The notes beneath the pieces are model-generated. The model worked only from the letters and a program-made list of their open reading frames with translations. It did no database searches and was not told the DNA's origin. Of a DNA stretch of 64,000 nt, positions 33,780 through 47,653 are shown piece after piece. Source of the DNA: the human T2T-CHM13v2.0 reference genome, Homo sapiens; the NCBI RefSeq assembly GCF_009914755.1, contig NC_060939.1. The stretch is one strand, 5' to 3'. The stretch's first letter is position 1. The number at the start of each line of letters is the position of its first letter. The position numbers and the translations under genes were made by a program.

Positions 33780-34470
33780 AAGCACAACCTGCTCTGGGAA
33801 AATGATTTTTTTGCCAAAAATGTTGCAGGGGCTGCCTAGTGTGTACTGGCAGAATCTGGGAGAGGAGGTGGAGAAGTGAACATAAGGGTGTTGGACCAAG
33901 GGGAGACTAAAGGCTGTACACATGAGAATACACTGACCTGGGAGCACTCTCAGGATTTAATGGCTTGGCAAGGACACCGGAGGATCTAACACACTGCTGG
34001 AGTGGCTCCTTGAAATGTGGACGTAACAGTTGCTGCAGTGAATTAGGTGGAGATTATACAACTGCATTCCCAAAGCATCAAAGAAGCTGGAAAGTACAGG
34101 GAGGTAGGAATGTTGGGATGGTTCGTTATATGCCAGCAGATTCGGAATCCACCACTTGACCATGTGCCCTTGGAGGGCTCACAGGAACTCCCTTCTCTAG
34201 GCTAACAAGAAAGGCACTACGGAGAAAGGCACCTGAATCTTTCAGAGACTCAGTGGCACTATCCTTTGTAGGCCAAGATCGACAACAGGAGATGCTGCCA
34301 TGAGACCAGGCTTTTGGTGTCAGTGGGAATGGTGGAAGGTGAGAACAGCAGATGCCAGGTGGTGGCACTTCACCATCAACAACAATGTGGATGTAATTAA
34401 CTTAATTGGTAGGAAGGCCAGAGTGATAAGCAGGATCCCTTGACCTCCAGGGATCTGTTGTATTGGCTAA
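33780..34470 (+). mobile_element. ERVL-class internal (gag-like) remnant
   Basis: Decayed match to the ERVL gag motif Y-x-Q-x-x-G-E..W..RV-x-D-x-GG ('tactggcagaatctgggagag..agggtgttggaccaaggggg') and 'ctgctggagtggctccttgaa'. Confidence 0.45.
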
Positions 34471-35179
34471 AAACTGCTGGCATTCCTGCATACCGCTGCA
34501 CTCCAGCCTGGGCAACAGAGTGAGACCCTGTCTCAAAAACAAAACAAAACAAAAAAAGTGTTGTTAAAATGGCACCAATTGTATATGAAGTTCCTGAAAT
34601 TCTGAGTTCCACTAATATTCTTTGTGTGATTTTTAAAAATCCATACTTAAAAGCAACACACCAATAGAGGCAAGCAAACCATGTTTTGCAAAAAACAACT
34701 ATCAATGGTGATGGCACATGGATCTCCCCTTTCAGAACCCTGAGATTCTCAGTGCCGTTACCCTAATGTCTTTCTGCAGAGGAGGTAACTATCAGAATCA
34801 CATGGAGAAGATCAGAGCCTGGAAGGAAACGAGATTTTTTAATTTCAACCTTCTTCATTTACACAGAGACAAAACTGAAATTCAGAGAGTTCTGGTTTCT
34901 CAAGGCACACCACTAGTCAATAAACACACAGAGCCAGAAGCTAGATCTAGCTCAGTGTTCTTTCAAAGCTTTAAAATTTCCTCTCTGCTAGTAAAGCTTA
35001 CAGCCTGGCAAGAATATAATATATACACACAAATACAGTTATAATGGTGAAAACTTGGAAACAACTTAAATGTCCAACAATACAGGCATTAATTCTCTAT
35101 AAAGTGAATATCAAGTAGCCATAGAAAAGACATTAAAGACCCAGAAGTGTTGCTAATTGAGCAAAAATACACCATTTCA

Positions 35180-36080
35180 GGTCAGATGCAGTGGCTCACA
35201 CCTGTAATCCCAGCACTTGGAGGCTGAAGCGGGCAGATCACTTGAGTTCAGGAGTTTGAGACCAGCCTGGCCAACATACAAAACCACATAGTAAGGCACA
35301 TGGATGTGCTTTGGTCAAGGAATAGGCCGAGGTGGATATCCAGGCCTGCATGACTCACGAGTTTGGCGTGCAAGCACACAGCTCCACTTGTAATATAACC
35401 TGTTTGTGTAAGTTCATTCCTGGCTTTATGCCACTATTGTCTGTAAAAGGTATAACTGCCCTGTTGATGCTGTCCATAAGAGACATGGCTCTTCGGGGCT
35501 TGGCTCAGTTTGGCTTAACATGGCTTGACATGACGAGCGCACTGGCACCCAGAGAGAACCAAAGCTGTCCATCTTGCAGGCAGATGGGAGGGAGCCAGGA
35601 CACAGCTGGGCTTGCTCATGCCCAGAGAGAGAAGGAGTTAAGCCACTTACCCTGAAGGCAAGGGAGAGCTGGCTGCGTAGCTGTGTGTGGGGGCAGCTGG
35701 CTCAAGCAGCTGAGACAGGCGAACAGTGGAAGAGTAAGCTGCTAATAAGAGAGCTAGTGTAAGAAAGCTGTTAATGAGAGCTGCCGCTGAATAAAACTAT
35801 CTTTCACCTGCCTATGGCCCCCTGATTGTTCTTTCTGCTCACCCACCCACTCCCCTCAGACTTCACCATGGGCTGGACCTGGACCCTGGGATCTGACACA
35901 CATCTCTACTAAAAATACAAAAATTAGCCAGTATGGTGGCACATGTAATTCCAACTACTAGGATGGCTGAGGCACGATGATCACTTGAACCCAGGAGGCA
36001 CAGGTTGCAGTGAGCCAAGGTCGCACCACTGCACTCTAGCCTGTGCAACAGAGTGTGACCCTGTCTCAAAAAAAAAAAAA
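35180..36080 (+). mobile_element. AluS element split by an LTR18 insertion
   Basis: Left part 35180-35289; resumes at 35899 with 'cacatctctactaaaaatacaaaa' and runs to the A tail. Confidence 0.9.
35290..35898 (+). mobile_element. LTR18B-like (HERV-S/HERVL18) solo LTR
   Basis: 'gtaaggcacatggatgtgctttggtcaaggaataggccgagg' through 'ggatctgaca'; exact 5-bp TSD cacat; AATAAA near 35789. Confidence 0.8.
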
Positions 36081-36206
36081 GTGAAAGACCTTTTGTCCAG
36101 TATAAACTCTTTCAAAATATATACTCAAGCACAGAAAAGTCTAGAAATGTCTTCAATGGTAATTTCAGGAAAGAATTTTAAAGTGACTTTTTTTTGGTTA
36201 TCTGCA

Positions 36207-36491
36207 TTTTTTTTTCTTTTATTGTTTTGAGATAGGGTCTTGCTGTGCCACCCAGGCTGGAGTGCAGTGACGTGCAGCCTCGACCTCCCAGGCTTAATCG
36301 ATCCTCCCACCTCCATCTCCTGAGTAGCTGGGACTATAGGTGCATGCCACCACACCTGGCTAATTTTTGTATTCTTGTATTTTTTGCAAAGATGGGGTTT
36401 TGCCATGTTGCCCAAGCTAGTCTCAAGCCATTTGCCCACCTCAGCCTCCCAGAGGGCTGGGATTACAAGTGTGAGCCATGTGTGCCAGGCC
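36207..36491 (-). mobile_element. AluJ-like element
   Basis: Reverse dimer. Confidence 0.9.
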
Positions 36492-38394
36492 TACATTTCC
36501 TTTTCTATAATGACCATGACCATGCATTTCATGTACCAACATTTTTCTAACAATAATATTTACAAAGCATGCTATGAAAAATGTTCAGAGAAAAAGAATA
36601 CAAAATTGTAAAAATCATATATAATTAGTTTTTTGTTTGTTTGTTTTTACGGCAAGAAAGAAAGTAGATTGTCCGGGAAGATGGTTTCTTCCACTTTGCA
36701 TTTCTCTGGTGAACTCATTAGGAACTCTAAAAAGTTCCAGGAGTAGAATTACAGGGTCAAAGTACCCTGGCTATAACTTCTGATTCAGAGAATCCTAACA
36801 ACTTACATTGTCACCAGCAAGGTCTTTGACTATATGAGCAACTCTCACCTTAAAGCATTTCTCATCTGACATTAGCTGCTCGGCTTTCTGCGGATACATT
36901 GACTCCAGGAGGCTTCTTGAGTTCTGTGTGTTCAGCTGGCCTCCGGTGGCCCCATTATTATTTTCTGCCAGGTAAAGTTCAGTCACCTACACACAGGTCT
37001 CATCACTCACGATATGCTGCAGCTAGAATCAAACAAAGGCAAACTGTCAGTGAACACAGAAAACATTTCTCCATTACACAGTCAACGTTCCTTTGACTGA
37101 TCCAGTCACTCAACTCAAAAGAGGTTTTGGTTTTATTTGGCTGGCAATTTTAGAAAATTCATCGCACAAACAACTGTATCATTTTCTTGGAGAATAATCA
37201 AGCTAAGATTTTCTACCATATCAGTGGTTCATTGTAAAACTTTCATATCTATTTAAAATAAAAACCATAGAGAACTCAGGTTAATGTACTCTTTATTTAA
37301 AATTCTAAGGATCTTTAAATAATTTTCCATGGGTCATATTTTTATTGCATTTTAAAATCATTTACAATTTGCTTTCACACATATTCTCCCTCATTTGATC
37401 CTTACAACTTCCCTGGGAAGCAGGTTGGAGAGAGAGTTGGGACCTGTTAGGAGACAAATTTACACAATACATAAGAAAGCTCACTGAGAGCTGGGGTGAG
37501 GAGGGGAGCCTTGGAGAATCATGAAAGCAATATCTATGTCTTTATTCCCAGCCCAACTACAAAGCCTGAAACTCATTAGGTATTTAAGAAATAGCTGCTG
37601 AATTATTGCCTAGGGGTGCTGAGCTGAAGAAGCAGGGTTGGGACTAACAGTCAAGCTTCCTGACTCCTAGCCCAATACTTTTCCAAACACAGCACCAATT
37701 TTTCTGTATCTGATAGAAAGTACAGTGCTTAAGTTGTACATAATGTTAACTCACTTTCAATACAGGCCAATCATGATTGACTATCAGTAGCTTTTGTGAC
37801 AATCTTAGGAAACTAATGACTAGAAAGTTGAACCTTTCTAGTTCAACCATTCCCATGTCATATGCTATTTCTATTTTGAAAAAAAAAATCCTTTCAAATG
37901 AAACTATCCATCAAAATGACAGAGAAGTGAAAAATAGATAAAAGAAGAAAGCAAAAAGTTAATTTCAATATCAATTTGTCTATTTTACTTTAAAATTATC
38001 ATAACCACCTAGCCATTCTATTTTTAGGAAGCTACGTTCTTTTTGAAGTGTTAGGAACTATGATAATTATTTATTCTTAACTTGAAGTCCTAAATGACCA
38101 GCATGTGTATTAGTAGATAACCGGACACAGAGCAAGGTCAGAAGGGTGACTGAGTGTGGCAGAAAGGACAGTATCTCCAGCAACTGCAGATGGATAACGA
38201 CAATGAGTCTAGATAATGGATCTGATACAACCATTCAAATAATGCTTATGAGTACTTGATAACCTAGGGAAAAGCTTCAGATACAGTGTTGTAGAGAAAA
38301 AAAGGGCAAGGTGGAAAAAAATATGGAAAACATGACTTCAATCATGCATACAGATGCTTCAATCATGCATACAGATCCTTCCACTTTATACTTT

Positions 38395-38690
38395 CTTTTT
38401 TTTTTTTTTGAGACAGGGTCTCGCTTTATCACCCAGGCTGGAGGGCAGTGGCATCACAATCTTGGTTCACTGTAGCCTCGACTTCCTGGGCTCAAGCAAG
38501 CCTCCCACCTCAGCCTCCTAAGTAGCCAGGACTACAGGCATGTGCCACCACACCTAGCTAATTTTTTGTATTTTTAGTAGAGATGGGGTTTTGCCATGTT
38601 GCTCAGTCTGGTCTCAAACTCCTGAGCTCAAGTAATCTGCCTTCCTTGGCCTCCTAAAGTGCTGGGATTACAGGCGTGAGCCACCGCCTC
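38395..38690 (-). mobile_element. AluJ-like element
   Basis: Reverse dimer; TSD actttatactttctt. Confidence 0.9.
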
Positions 38691-39213
38691 TACTTTATAC
38701 TTTCTTGTTGAAGTAGACTGTATTACTGATTCCCCACCCACATCCTCTCTTTGGATATCCGGACCCTCCTCGAGTCTCTGGAAAGGGCAGCACTACAAAT
38801 CCAGGGACAACTAGGGAACTCCCACCCCCACTGCTAGGCAGATCAGATTCTCTATCCTGCTCATTGGAAATGACACAGAGAGTGTTCGATAGATTTTTTG
38901 CAGAGGAGCATCTGTATGGAAAGGTCCAGTAACACTGGGACCAGGGGTACTGCCAGGGCAAGCCAAAGCCTCAGCGGCTGGAGGAGCCTGGAGCACGTGC
39001 CGAACGTCCATCTGCAGAGCAAAGCACAAGCATGGAGCAGAAGTCCAGAGTGAAGGCATGCAGGAGAGGAAAATCACCTCCCAGCACAGTCCTTCCATGG
39101 TGTGGTCACATGCTGAGTTCTGTATTTAGATGTCTGTGAGATTGCCTATTGTATTCTTAATACAGATCCCACTTAAGCCAGTCAGAAAAGGCTAAGATAA
39201 ATGTAATTTTACT

Positions 39214-40461
39214 TGGCTGGAGTGCAGTGGCGCAATCATGGCTCACTGTAGCTTCAACTTCCTAGGTTCAGGTGATCCTGCCACTTCAGCCTCCCAAGTA
39301 GCTGGGACTACAGCCATGATCCACCACGCCCAGCTAATTTTTTGTATTTTTCTCATAAAAACATTATATTTTTCAGAAGAAATCTTATATATAATATATT
39401 GAAAATCACTGAATGCTTTGTCTTTTTTTCTGTGAATGTGTAGGTGTTTGAGTCTCTTGTATTTCTTCTTTTACACAGGATATGGGCTTTTCAAAAACTA
39501 TTTCATTATCTTCATCATCATCATTCATTTCAGCCACTTCAGATTTTTGTCTCTCCAAAAATGTTGATGTACAAACCGGTGTGGGGCCCTGGGTATCCAC
39601 AGTCTTCTCAGGAGTGTCAGGAATGCCTAAAACCTTTTTCTTCTTCTTACGTAAAACGTGGCCTTTTGTAGACATCAGATGATTCGTTTTTGAAATACTT
39701 TCCATTTTCTGTAAAATCAAAGAAGGAAAATCATAATCAATTCCTTTATAAGCTAATTTCTTCCTGAGTAATCTTTCTTTCTTTTTAAATCGTCCCTCTA
39801 TTCGCAGCTTTTGTGTAAGTGCCGATTCTGATTATGCTGTTTCACTGACAGATATGATGGCTGCTTAAATGGAATATCCCAGTCTTTAAAGAGTTCTTTT
39901 TGAATTTTTCAGGTGGCATAAAATGACACTCTGAGAGTCTTTCACCAAACAGGTAGTTGTTCATCGTTTCAGCAACTATCTTGGCAATATCCTCAGACTC
40001 ACACTCCACACATGCATAGCCTTTGCTATTTCCAGTCCTTTTCTTTCTGGATAGTCTGAACCTTGTAACAGTGCCACACTGGGAGAAATAGGAAAGGATC
40101 TGGGTTTTGTTCAGTAGGTTAGGTAGGTGGCACACATAGACTACTCCAGGAGTAAGCTGTTCTTGTTTTTTTCACTGGGTTATGTGCTTGCGAACCTGTG
40201 CCACTTTCTTCTGAAACTTGGCATCTTCCTTCAGGTTCAGTGACTGGATTGGCCCAGCCAGGTTGGAAAAGGCCACCATGCCAAAAGCGGGGACACCAAC
40301 TCCAGGCAGCGCTCCCGGAAATGCCCATTTTTTTGTATTTTTAATACAAGCAGGGTTTCACCATGTTGCCCAGGCTGGTCTAGAACTCCTGGACTCAAGC
40401 GATCTGCCTGCCCTGACTCCCAAAGCACTGGGATTATAGGTGTGAGCCACCGCACCCAGCC
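39214..40461 (-). mobile_element. AluJ-like element split by the NIFK retrocopy
   Basis: Right arm 39214-39351 and left arm 40329-40461; central linker duplicated. Confidence 0.85.
39352..40326 (-). pseudogene. NIFKP: Processed pseudogene of NIFK (MKI67 FHA domain-interacting nucleolar phosphoprotein); CDS remnant 40279 to 39406
   Basis: Intronless; peptides [41 protein letters not shown] and [30 protein letters not shown] match NIFK; premature TGA at 40172-40174 plus frameshifts; 14-bp TSD. Confidence 0.95.
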
Positions 40462-40604
40462 TTGACTTTGAAATACATGTTGTACATCCAGTCAGCAGTG
40501 AACTCTGGCGGAACACCAAAGATGAGGACAATAAGAGAAGAGATACGTCCAATTAAAGGAGTTAAGAAGAGATGCTTGAACTTATGTTTTAAAAAGTCAC
40601 TGCA

Positions 40605-40872
40605 GGTTGGGCACGGTGGCCCACGCCTGTAGTCACAGCATTTTGGGAGGCTGAAGTGGGTGAATGACTTGAGCCTAGAAGTTTGAGACCACCCTGGGCA
40701 ACACGGCAATTCCCCATCTGTACAAAAAATACAATAAGTTAGCCGGGCACAGTGGCGCCTGTGGTCCCAGCTACTCGCAAGGCTGAGGTGGGGGGTTGAG
40801 GCTGCAGTGAGCTGAGAGCCACCACTCCACTACAGCCTGGGAGACATAGTGACACCCTGTCTAAAAAAAAAA
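40605..40872 (+). mobile_element. AluJ-like element
   Basis: Dimer with internal deletion; TSD-like aaaaa(g/t)tcactg. Confidence 0.85.
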
Positions 40873-41169
40873 TTCACTGTTTTGGGGTTTTCTGGATGAA
40901 ACCTCTGTTTCCTTTAAAAAAAAAAAAGGGTGTAGACAGTATGTATTACTGATTCAAAATCATAACCAGATGCTTAGAGTAAATAATTGTATCTATTGTT
41001 TCAAAAACCAACCTCAGGATTATTAAAAGTTAGTTTTATTGGATTTTTTTAAGCTGTGCTGATTCACTCAGGTCTGTCACTTCCAAGCCCATGTTTTAAT
41101 ACTTTGTAACCCTATTTGGAAGGAAAACTGCAGCTAAGATTATGATCCATCCTGAGATGTTATAAATGT

Positions 41170-42660
<1,491 letters not shown>

Positions 42661-43010
42661 GGTACTTAAACCTACTATATATCATATCTTTTCATCTACA
42701 AGATTTTTAAAAACTTGATTTCAGTTAATGTTTTTGTAATTTTTAAAATTTGGTTTTGAGGGGTTTCACTCCAGAGCAACAACATGTATTTTATTTTGCT
42801 TATGCTGAAGTTTAGTAGACAGATACTAACCTAATAGAATGAGGTCCTAAATCTAGTTGCAGTTTCTTTAGCCACAAACAAACAAACAAATAAAACACCC
42901 AAAACTAAAAATGTAAAAATGGTCCATATGGTGTATTCCCAATGTATGCTGAAGAATTTGGAGAAGAAAATGCAGTACTCAGTAAGTGGTATTCTTCAAG
43001 AATAGGATTG

Positions 43011-43314
<304 letters not shown>

Positions 43315-43443
43315 TTAATTCTGAAAAGTTTCTTTTAGCCTGTAAAGAGATTTGGGACACTGTGAGAGAGGAATGAGAATAGTAACATAAATCATTATTG
43401 AAGAGATATACTGTTAATGATGTCCTCCTTCAATACAAATTGT

Positions 43444-43452
<9 letters not shown>

Positions 43453-43475
<23 letters not shown>

Positions 43476-43758
43476 TTTTTTGAGATGGGGTCTTGCTCTC
43501 TCTCCAGGCTGGAGTGCAGTGGCACATCTCAGCTCACTGAAACCTCTGCCTCCTGGGTTCAAGCGATTCCCCTCTCTCAGCCTCCTGAGTAGCTGGGACT
43601 ACAGGCACGTGCCACCACACCTGGCTAATTGTTTTTATTTTGGTAGAGAAGGGGTTTCACCATGTTGGCCAGGATGTCTCGATCTCCTAACCTCGTGATC
43701 CACCCACCTTGGACTCCCAAAGTGCCGGGATTACAGGCGTGAGCCACCGCGCCCGGCC
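43453..43758 (-). mobile_element. AluSc-like element
   Basis: Reverse dimer; TSD ttgtttttct. Confidence 0.95.
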
Positions 43759-44044
43759 AACTTGTTTTTCTGGTTTTCCACGGTGTTCATGGATTTCCGT
43801 GACTTGAACCTAGTTCTTCTGAAGCTAATATATAATAATAATGGCTTTTCTCCAATTTATAATGGAAAATCCTACAACAGAGTAAATGTCTATTAGTGGG
43901 TGAAAGCACATAATGCTTAGTTCATTAGCTTTTCAAAAAAAATCACATGTAATTGTGTTCCAAAAATATATGTATAGTAATGGCATTTATTGGTATTACT
44001 TGGTTTGTGTGATAGAATAAAATGTTAGAATTTTATGGTGTTTG

Positions 44045-44578
44045 AATTAGTTATCTATTGCTCTGTAACAAATTTAGCAGCTTAAAACAACAAACATTAT
44101 CTCACAGTTTCTGTGGGTCAGAATTCTGTGCAGTTTATCTTGGGTTCACTGGCTTGGTCTCTCACCAGGCAGTGAAGGTGTTGATGGCGGCTGTGATCAT
44201 CCCAAGGCAGGATAGGGAGAGAATCTGTCTCCAAGCTCACATTGGCAGGAATCATCTCAGAGGCTGCTGGACTGGGCCTCCGTTTCTAGATGGCTATTGG
44301 TCAGAGGCCTTTTACAATACCTTGTCACGTGGGCCTCTCCATAGGGCACCTCATCACATGGCAACTGGCTTCCATCAGAGGGAGCAATGGAAAGAGCAGG
44401 AGAAGGGTGACCAAGGCAGGCATCGTAGTCTCCTTGTAGCCTCACCTCAGAAGCGATGTTACTTTTGCTGTATTCTCTTTGTTAGAAGTGAGTCACTAGG
44501 TCCAGGGGTGGAATTTTACAAGGGTGTGAATGGCAGGAGGTGAGGGTGATCAGGGCCATTTAGAGGCTGCCTACCAGT
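44045..44578 (-). mobile_element. MLT1F/G/H-type MaLR LTR
   Basis: 'gttatctattgct..cttaaaacaacaaacattatctcacagtttctgtgggtcag' through 'gggccatttagaggctgcctacca'. Confidence 0.75.
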
Positions 44579-44809
44579 GTTGAAGAAAATTGTTGACTTC
44601 TATGAGCTGTAGCAGCAGACAGTGCTATGCAAGGAGAATGGCTGTCTCAGAAGTCCAGCTCCTCACATGGGTTTAAACGTGTTGCCTTTTCCCCCTGATA
44701 CATTTTGTTTAAATCCATGGTCATCTTGCCATTTAGTGGTGTGGTTTAATTGCATATTTGGGTTAGTCTGTATGTAAACATTTAACATAGGTGTCTCTGG
44801 GTTAAACAG

Positions 44810-44911
44810 GAATCCTATTCATCTTCTTCACCGATATGGTCTGTGGACTCTGATGAGCCAAATCTGACATCAGTTCTGGAATGTCTAGAAGATACTAAGG
44901 ACAACAGTTTG
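44810..44911 (+). pseudogene. UBE2Q2P: Isolated UBE2Q2 exon (exon 2, RWD region) in duplicated UBE2Q2 intronic sequence
   Basis: cag|GAA..TTG|gtgagg, 102 nt; translates [34 protein letters not shown] vs UBE2Q2 [34 protein letters not shown]. Confidence 0.9.
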
Positions 44912-45617
44912 GTGAGGAAAGAAACCAAGCTATTTTCTCTTTTCCTCATGAACATTATATTTAGAATTTAAATGTTAAGAGATAATATTATATAAAAACA
45001 TGATTCATAACTATAATCTTAGAGGAATTAAAGTCTGGGTATTTTAAGTCCTCCAAATCTTATTTACTACCTGGTTTCTCTTTATTATTTCCCACATGTA
45101 TAATCTTAGTTTAGATTAGCAATTCGGGATCTCTTTTTCCCTGAATTCTAACCATTAAGCCAAGCAAGCATTTTGGGTGGAGACCACTAGCCAAGGTGGG
45201 AAGTAGAAAGAAGACCAAGGTGGAAGTGAAGGGAGAGATGGGGAGAATGACACCAAAACTAGTGGGAGGGGATTGCCTTTTCTTTCAAGGGTCTGTAAGT
45301 CTGCAGTAAAAGTCAAAGGTATTCAAATAGGAAGTTTTGTTTTTGTCTTTAGTATATAAAGAAGCATAACTTTCCATTTTGCAAAAACTTTAGAAACCTT
45401 TCTTTCTTGATTATAAAACTTATAAGCAACCATTATTGAGAAGATTAGTAAAATATAAAAAAATAAAAATCTCACATAATTTCTCTACCTAATATAACTA
45501 CTGTTGACATGATAGCTAGTTTCTATCAGTATGTATTGCCTCTTTGTTATCAAAGTACTTATACCCTTACAGATATGTTTAAATAGTTGAGGTCATATTC
45601 TATAAATATCTATAAAT

Positions 45618-46003
<386 letters not shown>

Positions 46004-47162
46004 ATGACCGATTGCCTCGCCTCTAGCATTGGGAATCAGTCACCGTGCTGTCCTTGTGGAGTCTTGTGGCCCAACAAGAGGAAGCTCTCCCCTGACATTG
46101 CCCCTCCAAAGTGCGCCACTTCCAGTGCGCCCCACTGTCATGCCCGGCCTGTGGACAGCCAGACCCTGCCATCCCTCCCACCCCCGACCAAGCATGGGGG
46201 TGCTCTGTAGGTAGCTGTGTGGCCTGACAGTCTCTACCAGTCCTGCTGTCCCTCAGCTGAGAATCAAACCCATTTCTGGATGACAGGGAATGTGTCTTCT
46301 GCTGGCTGTGTTCTCTGTGGAGCTCAGGGGAGGGAAAAGACCAAGCCATTTCTAGGGTGCTGTCAGGACCGATGAAAAGGTCACACCCTTTCCAAGAGAC
46401 ACTTTTCCTGGAAAGCCCCTGAAGCTTAGCTGGCTTTTATCCTGTGATAAGCCAGAGGCTCTGCGGGGTGAGGGAGCAGAAACCCTCTTCACCCCACCCA
46501 GCGGGGACCTGTATACCTCTGCCAGTCTCTCACTTGGCCTTGCTGCTGTCCTCTGAGACTGCCTATTCCTCCCTCTCTGTGACTCTACACCACCATCACC
46601 TCCTCCAGGAAGTCCTCTGGATTGACTCCTAGCTTATTACATCTTTATTGTGCAGACCCTCTCCATTCAAAGCCCCTCTTCAACTGCCCACCCCCCACTA
46701 CCTCCAAGACAGAGATTCTGGGTTCTTGCAACTGCAGCCCCTCAGAGAGTGTAAGAGGGGCAGAAAAAGGAGATCAAGAGGTGAGGGAAGCAGCGCTGTC
46801 AGAGTTTCCAAAGCCCCGGCCAGCAAGGCCTCAGAGGCCTCTGTTGGAGTGGGGGCCTCCCTGGCTATGCGCTCCAGCTGCACAAGGCAGCCTCTGTGAG
46901 CCTCTCCCACTCAGCCCTACAGGAAGCAGCAGGGCCCAGCCTCAATGGACCCATTCAGACCCCAGCGCTCCGGAAAGTACCTCTGCTTCCTGCCACCATT
47001 CCACTCTGGCCAAACAGGCTCTACTCTCTTCTGATGGGAGGAGGCCGCAGGCAGGTGGTTCAGTGGTTAGGGCCAACCATCTACTTCAGTTCCTGTCTGG
47101 CCCAGATCTCTGACGTTGACCATGCCCTAGTGGGTGTATGTATACCTTTAGTGCAAGGGTGG

Positions 47163-47653
47163 TGTGACAGTTAATACTGAGTGTCAACTTGATTGGGGTG
47201 AAGGCTGCAAAGTATTGACCTACTGGAAGTGTCTGTGAGGGCATTGTAAAAGGAGATAAACATTTGAGTCAGTGGGCTGGGGAAGGCAGACCCACCTTTA
47301 ATACTGGTGGGTACCATCTTTCTAATCAGCTGCTAGCGAATATAAAGCAGGCAGAAAAACATGAAAAGGTAAGATTGGCCTAGCTTCCCAGCCTACATCT
47401 TTCTCCCATGCTGGACACTTCCTGCCCTCTAACATCGGACTCCAGGTTCTTCAGTTTTGAGACTCGGATTGGCTCTCCTTGCTCCTCAAACTTGCAGACA
47501 GCCTATTGTGGGACCTTGTGATTATGTAAGTTAATACTTCATAAACTCCCCTTTATATATCTATCTATATCTATATCTATATCTATTATCTATATCTATA
47601 TCTGTCTATATCTCCTATTAGTTCTGTCCCTCTAGGGAACCCTGATTAACACA
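47163..47653 (+). mobile_element. MLT2A1 (HERV-L) solo LTR with (TATC/TA)n
   Basis: Starts tgtgacagttaatactgagtgtcaacttgattgg and ends gaaccctgattaacaca; exact TSD ggtgg. Confidence 0.9.
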
